Shown here: in pieces, positions 57,600-64,000 of the stretch
Layout of the letters: every line of letters begins with the position of its first letter
Numbering within the stretch: position 1 is the first letter of the stretch
NCBI GenBank assembly: GCA_902510965.1
Contig: CABXDM010000001.1
Location: 1,180-65,179 of the forward strand
Length of the DNA stretch: 64,000 bases
From: an uncultured Candidatus Actinomarina sp.
Lineage (GTDB): Bacteria; Actinomycetota; Acidimicrobiia; Actinomarinales; Actinomarinaceae
Direction: 5' to 3'
Notes under the pieces: model-generated
Told to the model about the DNA's origin: nothing
Database searches by the model: none
The model's input: the letters and a program-made list of their open reading frames with translations, nothing else
Made by a program: the position numbers and the translations under genes

Positions 57600-58772
57600 A
57601 TGGTTGAGTATATAGTTAGAAGAACATTACAAATGATTGTGGTGTTTTTTATTTTCCTTGTTAGTTCTTATTTATTATTTAATGCCATTCCCGGTAATGC
57701 ATTCTCTAACTTATTATTAAACCCTAATCTTCCCCCGGATGCCTATCAAAAAGTACTTGAAACGTATGGTTTAGATAAACCTCTTTTTGAAAGGGTACAG
57801 CTTTACGTAGTTAACTTCTTTAAAGGAGATTTTGGATATTCATATAAATATTTTCCTAAAACTCCCATTGAATTAATAGCTGAAAGATTGCCACGAACAT
57901 TAATGCTATTTTCTGTTGTAAACATTGTTGCTTTCTATACAGGTTTTTTTATTGGAAAAGTTCTTGCTTGGAGACGAGGATCAAAATCTGAAACTTGGAT
58001 AACCATCACTTCTGTATTTTCTTATACCGTTTTTTATCCATGGTTTGCACTCATGATGTTATGGTTTTTTGGCTATAAAATGGGCTGGTTCCCGATAGGT
58101 AAATTCCTTTACCCTGAGAAATGGTATGACGCTCCATTTGATAGTGATGTTATATTTGCGATGATGATTAAATTTGTTCTCGTAGTATCACTCATTCAAT
58201 TTGCAGCTTATACAGTTACTAGAGGGATTGAATCTTTATCATCTAGACGAAACATTCGATTTTTAAGTTTAATTGCGATATTCATAGGTAGTTATTTTTA
58301 TTGGAATACTGGTGAAGCATTATCTAGAAAACCTTATGCAGCCGATATAGCTTATCATATGATTTTACCCGTCTTGGTTGTAACAATTGTGGCTTTCGCA
58401 GGTACTGCACTTCTTACACGAACTACCATGATGGAAGTTTTAAAAGAAGACTACATTCTTACGGCAAGAGCTAAAGGAATTAGTCAAAAAAGAATAAGAG
58501 ATAGGCACGCAGCTAGAACAGCTTTACTACCAGTAGTAACATCATTTATTTTCACAATAGTGACAATTATTGATGGATCTGTTCTCACAGAGCAGATATT
58601 TTCATGGCCTGGAATGGGTCAACTACTCTTGCAAGCAGTACTGGAAGAAGATATCCCCGTAGCTATGGCTTCTTTTTCTTTCGTAGGTGTATTTGCTTTG
58701 TTAGCTCATTTAATTGCTGATATATCTTATTCATATTTAGATCCAAGAATAAGAGTAAAGTCACAGGGATAA
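57600..58772 (+). CDS. ABC transporter permease (DppB/OppB-like)
   Basis: N-terminus YIVRRTLQMIVVFFIF...PGN, 6 TM, and an EAA-like loop (ARAKGISQKRIRDRHAARTA). Confidence 0.9.
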   Translation: MVEYIVRRTLQMIVVFFIFLVSSYLLFNAIPGNAFSNLLLNPNLPPDAYQKVLETYGLDKPLFERVQLYVVNFFKGDFGYSYKYFPKTPIELIAERLPRTLMLFSVVNIVAFYTGFFIGKVLAWRRGSKSETWITITSVFSYTVFYPWFALMMLWFFGYKMGWFPIGKFLYPEKWYDAPFDSDVIFAMMIKFVLVVSLIQFAAYTVTRGIESLSSRRNIRFLSLIAIFIGSYFYWNTGEALSRKPYAADIAYHMILPVLVVTIVAFAGTALLTRTTMMEVLKEDYILTARAKGISQKRIRDRHAARTALLPVVTSFIFTIVTIIDGSVLTEQIFSWPGMGQLLLQAVLEEDIPVAMASFSFVGVFALLAHLIADISYSYLDPRIRVKSQG

Positions 58773-58775
58773 ATT

Positions 58776-59855
58776 ATGGAAATTGATGAATTAAAAGAAA
58801 AGAATTTACAAAAACAATTAAGAAAAGAAGCAATTAAACGAAATTGGAGATTGTTCGCCCAGAGTAAACTCGGAATGATTGGTCTAGGTATTGTTTCTAT
58901 ATTTTTGATTCTTGCATTACTTCAGCCTTTTCTTTTTATGACAGGAATATGGAGTGAAAGCATATACCATCCAGTTGTTGGTTATGACCAAATTATAGAG
59001 TCAAAATTAGTAGTTGAATGTCCCAAAGAATATCCAACACCAAAGTATGCAACCTTTTCTGAATGTCCAGCACAAGGTGAAGTCCAGAAAAAAATGTTAT
59101 ATTTAGCTCAAGGAGTAGAGGTTGGAGATATGTATGACGTATATTTACAGCCAGCACCACCTTCAGCTAAACACATTCTTGGTACTGATTCATTAGGTAG
59201 AGATGTATTTTCTCAAATTATGGAAGGTAGTCAAGTTGCCTTCGTACTAGGTTTACTCAGCGCAACATTAGGTGTCGGTATTTCTACAATTCTTGGGACT
59301 ATTGCAGCATTTTTTGGTGGCAGGATAGATGCCTATTTAATGAGACAATCAGACTTAGTTCTTATGCTACCGACTTTGCCGTTACTCTTTATTATTTCAG
59401 CATTCGCTGAGTTAAAAATTTGGCACCTTGCAGTTGTCCTAGGAGTATTAGGTGGTTTAGGTGGTTCTGTAATTACTATTAAATCACAAGCACTTCAAGT
59501 GAAAGTGAAACCATTTGTAGATTCTGCAAGAATAACAGGTGGATCACAAAGAAAAATTATGTTCTCTCATGTGCTTCCAAACGTAGCACCTTTAGCATTA
59601 CTATTTATGGTATTTAGCGTAACTGGTGCAATTGCTTCTGAATCTGTTCTGTCATTTCTTGGTTTGCTCAATATTGATATGAGTTGGGGATTAATGATAT
59701 ACCTCTCACAAACTGATGGATTTATATTTTCTGGTTTAGAATATTGGTGGTTAATATTACCTGCTGGATTGTCTGTTACATTTCTTGCTGGTGGCTTTTA
59801 TCTTGTTGGTCGAGGACTTGATGATGTATTTAATCCACGATTAAGGAAAAGGTAA
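58776..59855 (+). CDS. ABC transporter permease (DppC/OppC-like)
   Basis: The motif HILGTDSLGRDVFSQIMEG, 6 TM, and the SARITGGSQRKIMFSHVLPN loop. Confidence 0.9.
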   Translation: MEIDELKEKNLQKQLRKEAIKRNWRLFAQSKLGMIGLGIVSIFLILALLQPFLFMTGIWSESIYHPVVGYDQIIESKLVVECPKEYPTPKYATFSECPAQGEVQKKMLYLAQGVEVGDMYDVYLQPAPPSAKHILGTDSLGRDVFSQIMEGSQVAFVLGLLSATLGVGISTILGTIAAFFGGRIDAYLMRQSDLVLMLPTLPLLFIISAFAELKIWHLAVVLGVLGGLGGSVITIKSQALQVKVKPFVDSARITGGSQRKIMFSHVLPNVAPLALLFMVFSVTGAIASESVLSFLGLLNIDMSWGLMIYLSQTDGFIFSGLEYWWLILPAGLSVTFLAGGFYLVGRGLDDVFNPRLRKR

Positions 59856-59856
59856 T

Positions 59857-60831
59857 ATGTCAAAAGATATTTTAATAGTAGATAATCTCAATATGCACTA
59901 TGAAACATTAGAAGGTAAAGTTATGGCCGTTAACAATGTCACCTTTTCTGTGAAAGAGGGAGAGTCATTTGGTCTTGTTGGAGAATCTGGTTGCGGAAAA
60001 TCTTCAGTTGCTGCTACGTTGTTACAGTTACAATCTGACAATGCAGTAATTTCATCTGGAAGTATAAAACTAGATAATCAAGAACTAGTTGGCATGACAG
60101 AATCTGATTTACGTAAAGTTCGTTGGAATGATATAAGTATTGTTTTCCAGGGTGCTATGAATGCTTGGAATCCAGTTATTAAAATTGGTGAGCAGATTAG
60201 AGAAGCTATAAGAGAACATCATCCTAATAATACAAAAAAAGAAAATACAGATAAAATATCTGAATTATTTAAGATAGTAGGTCTTGATGATTCAATAATG
60301 GATAGATTCCCACATGAGTTATCAGGTGGTATGAAACAAAGAGCTGTTATTGCACTAGCTTTGTCTTGTGATCCAAAAATAGTAATTGCTGACGAACCAA
60401 CTACTGCGTTGGATGTTGTTATTCAGGATCAAATATTAAAAGAAATAAAAAAAGTTCAAGAATTATTAGGTCTTAGTTTAATTTATATTTCTCACGATAT
60501 AGCTGTTATCGCAGAGATGACTGACAATATGGCAGTAATGTATGCTGGTTCAATTGTTGAAAAAGGTCCTACAGCATCAATTTTTTCAAATCCAAAACAT
60601 GCTTATACGAGACTTCTTCTAGAGTCTACACCATCTGTTGTTGGTGAAAAAAAGAAACTAAGAGCCCTAGATGGAGAACCACCAAGTCTGATCAACGGTC
60701 TAGAGGGATGTGCTTTCTCCCCAAGGTGTCCAGAACCATCAGATGATTGCAAAAGTAAAAAATTAGATATGTCATTAATAGAGATAGAAAATGGACATTG
60801 GGCAGATCAATGTTGTGTAAATTGTGGGTGA
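59857..60831 (+). CDS. ABC transporter ATP-binding protein (DppD/OppD-like)
   Basis: Walker A GESGCGKSS, signature LSGGMKQR, Walker B IVIADEPT, and a C-terminal oligopeptide-type extension with Cys residues. Confidence 0.93.
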   Translation: MSKDILIVDNLNMHYETLEGKVMAVNNVTFSVKEGESFGLVGESGCGKSSVAATLLQLQSDNAVISSGSIKLDNQELVGMTESDLRKVRWNDISIVFQGAMNAWNPVIKIGEQIREAIREHHPNNTKKENTDKISELFKIVGLDDSIMDRFPHELSGGMKQRAVIALALSCDPKIVIADEPTTALDVVIQDQILKEIKKVQELLGLSLIYISHDIAVIAEMTDNMAVMYAGSIVEKGPTASIFSNPKHAYTRLLLESTPSVVGEKKKLRALDGEPPSLINGLEGCAFSPRCPEPSDDCKSKKLDMSLIEIENGHWADQCCVNCG

Positions 60832-60834
60832 TGA

Positions 60835-61788
60835 ATGGATAATGTAATAGAAGTAAATAATTTAGTTAAGAATTTTGATGTTTCTAAAGGATTTTTCTCT
60901 AGAAATAAAAATATAGTTAAGGCTGTCGATGGTATTAGTTTTAGCATCCCAAAAGGGGAGTCTTTAGGTTTAGTTGGGCAGAGTGGATGTGGTAAAACAA
61001 CAACTGCCAGAGCACTGTGTTTACTTGATCCTAAAACATCCGGTGATGTAAAATTTTTCAATCCAGAAGCTGATGAGATGCAAAATCTCGATGATCTATC
61101 TGATGATCAAGTAAAACAATTCCGCCGAAATACACAAATGATTTTTCAGGACCCCTATGAGTCGTTGAATCCAAGATGGACAATTAAAGATATAATCTTA
61201 GAACCATTAAATATACATAATATTGGCTCTCTGGAAAACAGAACAGAAGCGGTTATTGAAATATTAAAAACTGTGGGTTTAACACCTCCTGAAAATTATT
61301 TGCCTAGATATCCTCATGAGCTTTCTGGTGGTCAAAGACAACGTGTATCTATAGCACGTTCATTAATCATGAACCCAAAGTTTGTTATATGTGATGAACC
61401 AACATCGATGTTAGATGTTTCAATAAGAATTTCAATTATGGATCTCATGTTGGATTTAGCTAAGGACTTACAGGTGTCTTATTTATACATTACGCATGAT
61501 CTTGCTGTTGCTAGATATATGTGTAATAGAATTGCTGTAATGTTTAATGGCAAAATTGTAGAAATTGCCAAAACTGAAAATCTCCTTAGTAATCCTATAC
61601 ATCCTTATACGAAAAGATTAATCTCTTCAATCCCTGTTCCAGATCCTAAATATACAAGAACTAAATATGAAATTGATTTTACTGAACTTGATGAAATTAT
61701 TGCAAGCAACACTAATAATTTACCAATGGTGGATATTGGTGATGAACATTTTGTCGCTACACATGACGTTAAGGACCTACTTATTTGA
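60835..61788 (+). CDS. ABC transporter ATP-binding protein (DppF/OppF-like)
   Basis: Walker A GQSGCGKTT, signature LSGGQRQR, and Walker B FVICDEPT. Confidence 0.93.
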   Translation: MDNVIEVNNLVKNFDVSKGFFSRNKNIVKAVDGISFSIPKGESLGLVGQSGCGKTTTARALCLLDPKTSGDVKFFNPEADEMQNLDDLSDDQVKQFRRNTQMIFQDPYESLNPRWTIKDIILEPLNIHNIGSLENRTEAVIEILKTVGLTPPENYLPRYPHELSGGQRQRVSIARSLIMNPKFVICDEPTSMLDVSIRISIMDLMLDLAKDLQVSYLYITHDLAVARYMCNRIAVMFNGKIVEIAKTENLLSNPIHPYTKRLISSIPVPDPKYTRTKYEIDFTELDEIIASNTNNLPMVDIGDEHFVATHDVKDLLI

Positions 61789-62318
61789 AATTTAAAGATA
61801 TTTTATTACCTCCAAATTTAATCACTCTTTTTAGATTATTTGCCTCAGTATATCTTTTTCAAAATTTTTATCCTCTGGACATCAATACTTACGTATTAGT
61901 TGCAACGATTGCGGTTGTTGGCCTTAGTGATTCTCTTGATGGGATAGTCGCCAGGAGATTCAATATGGTAAGTGAACTTGGGATAATTTTGGACCCATTT
62001 GTAGATCGTACTGTATTTATCTTACTGGTAGTCTGGCTACAAGATTTATTTCCAAGTATTTTCTTTCAAGCGCTTATAGCTCGTGAAGTATTAGTTCTAC
62101 TTGGAGGTATTTATGTTCTACTTTCAAAAAAACCGATTGAAGTATCTAAAAAGGGAAAACTAGCTACAGTCTTTATGTTTATTACAATATGTTTATATGT
62201 ACTAGACGTCAGCTTGAACACCGGGTTAATAAATTTTATTGCCTTTCCAGTCATGGTTTTTTATTACTTTGTTGCATTAGAATACCTTTATTACCTAGTA
62301 TTTAATTATGAACAATGA
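61785..62318 (+). CDS. CDP-alcohol phosphatidyltransferase family protein (PgsA-like)
   Basis: DSLDGIVARRFNMVSELGIILDPFVDR matches D-x2-DG-x2-AR-x8-G-x3-D-x3-D. TTG start overlaps the upstream stop. Confidence 0.85.
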   Translation: MKFKDILLPPNLITLFRLFASVYLFQNFYPLDINTYVLVATIAVVGLSDSLDGIVARRFNMVSELGIILDPFVDRTVFILLVVWLQDLFPSIFFQALIAREVLVLLGGIYVLLSKKPIEVSKKGKLATVFMFITICLYVLDVSLNTGLINFIAFPVMVFYYFVALEYLYYLVFNYEQ

Positions 62319-62652
62319 AACAAGACCATTAGAAGATTCCCTAATCTTTAGTCAAAATTGTAAGTATATACTTTCATTGCTCAATGAAGAAGTATCTTCA
62401 ACATCATGGTTTTTATCAAATGGTATACATAAAATAGGTAGGCTTCCAGAAAAAGAAATAATCTTAGATGACGTTACAGTATCCAGACACCATGCTTTTA
62501 TTACTGTAGATGATGAAGATATCTCCATTACTGACGAACAGTCAACAAATGGTATCTTTGTAAATGGTGATTTGTTAACTGAATCAGCTCTAAAAAGTGG
62601 CGACAGGTTACAAATTGGTAAATATTCTTTAATAGTTACCAAGACTGAGTAG
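62308..62652 (+). CDS. FHA-domain protein, GarA/OdhI-like (short N-terminal tail)
   Basis: The segment GRLPEKEIILDDVTVSRHHAFI...STNGIFVNGDLL...GDRLQIGKYSLIV aligns closely with the GarA/OdhI FHA core as I recall it (GRHPDSDIFLDDVTVSRRHAEF...SLNGTYVNREPV...GDEVQIGKFRLVF). Confidence 0.8.
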   Translation: MNNETRPLEDSLIFSQNCKYILSLLNEEVSSTSWFLSNGIHKIGRLPEKEIILDDVTVSRHHAFITVDDEDISITDEQSTNGIFVNGDLLTESALKSGDRLQIGKYSLIVTKTE

Positions 62653-62654
62653 CT

Positions 62655-63245
62655 ATGGATATTTCTGCAAGCATTCAAGCTGCAAATCAATTAGATTTAC
62701 TAAGAGACATTGAAACAAATGCTAACAAATTCGATCAATTACATATAGATATTACTGATGGACATTTCACTGACAATATAGGACTTTCGTTGGATATTGT
62801 CTCTAAGTTAAAAAAAAATACATCTTATAAACTTGATGTTCATTTAATGCTTCAAGAAAATACTAAATTCGTTGAAAGAGTAATTGAGTATGGAGCTGAT
62901 TTAGTTACAGTACACTGTGAGTCAACAGATATAAATGAATTTAAAAACTTAACAACCAATTTTGATAATGTTGGGATTGGCATTCTGCCTACAAGTAATA
63001 TTGAAATTTTGAAATCTTATGCTGAATATACCTCTTTTTTTTTACTCTTAACTGTCAACCCTGGGTTTTCTAATCAACCAAAAGCAGTAAATCTTATTGA
63101 TAGGATTAATGAGTTTAAAAGTGTTGTTAATAATAGTGAATCTACCTTGATCGTTGATGGCGGTGTAACAGTAGATGATTTAGCACCCCTTGAAAAAAAC
63201 GGGGTAAATGTTGCCGTTCAAGGTGGAGCTATATTTGGTAAATAA
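62655..63245 (+). CDS. rpe: Ribulose-phosphate 3-epimerase family protein
   Basis: Motifs HIDITDGHF..N, DVHLM, VHCE, VNPGFSNQ and VDGGV..GGAIF. Upstream of ribD, as in Actinobacteria. Confidence 0.8.
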   Translation: MDISASIQAANQLDLLRDIETNANKFDQLHIDITDGHFTDNIGLSLDIVSKLKKNTSYKLDVHLMLQENTKFVERVIEYGADLVTVHCESTDINEFKNLTTNFDNVGIGILPTSNIEILKSYAEYTSFFLLLTVNPGFSNQPKAVNLIDRINEFKSVVNNSESTLIVDGGVTVDDLAPLEKNGVNVAVQGGAIFGK

Positions 63246-63273
63246 CTTTAAATATTTAGGTTTTTCAGAACCT

Positions 63274-64000
63274 ATGGCGCTAGCCATGGTCGAAGCATTA
63301 AAAGTAAACCCTTACCCGAATCCTAGAGTCGGGGCACTTTTAATTGATGAGCAAGGAAACGTAAAAGCAGCCGCTAATCATAAACAAAAAGGTTCGAATC
63401 ATGCTGAAATTAATATATTTGAACAGGTTCAAGTCGAAGAAACCGATATCCTTTATGTCACACTTGAACCATGTTTTCATAGCGATACCTCACCTTCATG
63501 TGCAACAGAGATTATAAATCAAGGTGTTAAAAATATTGTTATTGGAGATATAGATCTTGATATTAGAACGAATGGTAGGAGCGTTTCACTATTAAAAGAT
63601 AATAATATATCTGTACAGATAGAATCAAATGCCAATAACATTCTTAATCCCTACTACGAAAATACACATAAGAAATTAAAAGATATCCACTATCTATTAA
63701 AAATTGGAATGTCTAAAAATGATTACATTACTAATGACGCTTCTGATTCAAGGTACATTACAAATGAAATATCATTGAGTATTGTTCACTATTTAAGAGC
63801 AACCGCAGACTGTATTGTTATTGGTAAAAATACTCTACTTAATGATGATCCAAAACTTAATGTACGTATTCCAGGAATTAATAATATCGATCATAATCCC
63901 GAACCAATTATTATGTGGGGAGGGTCAACTGAAAATATCGAATCTGCAATGAAAAAATATCCAACCTTTACTTTCTTAAGTAGCATGCCATCTCGAGAAA
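63274..64000 (+). CDS. ribD: Riboflavin biosynthesis protein RibD (deaminase/reductase), 3' end cut by window edge
   Basis: Hand-translated as MALAMVEALKVNPYPNPRVGALLIDEQGN...NHAEINIF...LYVTLEPCFHSDTSPSC (zinc deaminase motifs HAE and PC..C), then a reductase-domain start. An upstream TTG at 63235 is an alternative start. Confidence 0.88.
   Translation, partial: MALAMVEALKVNPYPNPRVGALLIDEQGNVKAAANHKQKGSNHAEINIFEQVQVEETDILYVTLEPCFHSDTSPSCATEIINQGVKNIVIGDIDLDIRTNGRSVSLLKDNNISVQIESNANNILNPYYENTHKKLKDIHYLLKIGMSKNDYITNDASDSRYITNEISLSIVHYLRATADCIVIGKNTLLNDDPKLNVRIPGINNIDHNPEPIIMWGGSTENIESAMKKYPTFTFLSSMPSRE

Noticed and set aside
63246-63273. Looked for an FMN riboswitch ahead of ribD
   Set aside because: ribD starts at most 28 nt after rpe (or overlaps it if TTG 63235 is used). 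No leader is present.
1-64000. CRISPR arrays, long direct or inverted repeats, IS elements, prophage, toxin-antitoxin or defence genes
   Set aside because: None seen by reading. No repeat-spacer periodicity and no transposase, phage or defence-type protein motifs appear in any listed ORF. A computational repeat search was not possible here.

Overview
This is a very AT-rich window (about 30-35% G+C by eye, not computed). It is extremely gene-dense: most spacers are 0-40 nt, and many starts and stops overlap as ATGA or GTGA. I count about 80 protein genes, 2 tRNA-Leu genes and one peptide-type ABC transporter operon. Nearly everything is housekeeping:
- Replication and repair: dnaE, polA, nth, uvrB-uvrA-uvrC, xerD, scpAB.
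- Translation and RNA modification: ileS, rpsA, rluD-like, rluB, trmL, trmI, der.
- Glycolysis: pgk-tpiA-gpmA.
- Nucleotide and cofactor metabolism: thyX, guaC, pyrG, cmk, nadK, coaE, ispH, rpe, ribD.
- Secretion: lspA, secG, tatA/tatC.
- Thiol-redox genes and many small membrane proteins.

The gene order reproduces several conserved actinobacterial synteny blocks in compressed form:
- sepF-yggT | ileS-traR/dksA-lspA-rluD-dnaE
- polA-rpsA-coaE-uvrB
- uvrC-rapZ ... pgk-tpiA-secG
- trmI ... pafB-pafC-tatA-tatC-helY
- nadK ... pyrG-xerD ... scpA-scpB-rluB-cmk-der
- rpe-ribD

Actinobacterial signature families are also present: a PafB/PafC WYL pair, a DUF4193-like protein, a DUF732-like protein and a GarA/OdhI-like FHA protein. 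I therefore infer a genome-streamlined, low-GC actinobacterium. A marine Acidimicrobiia/Actinomarinales-like lineage is only a guess.

I see no CRISPR array, transposase, prophage, toxin-antitoxin pair or recognisable defence gene. I did not find a convincing novel multi-gene system. The observations most worth a second look are:
- A tRNA-Leu whose hand-folded anticodon is AAG (A34).
- A xerD gene with an intact N-terminal domain but no canonical start codon.
- Clean absences at conserved synteny junctions: Pup-proteasome genes, yvcK-whiA-gap, divIVA, recN and parA.
- A chain of translationally coupled micro-ORFs.
- A possible homopolymer frameshift or small ORF in the only long convergent spacer.
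- A compositionally deviant, apparently very highly expressed ABC substrate-binding lipoprotein with its own promoter, 5' hairpin and GC-rich intra-operon terminator.
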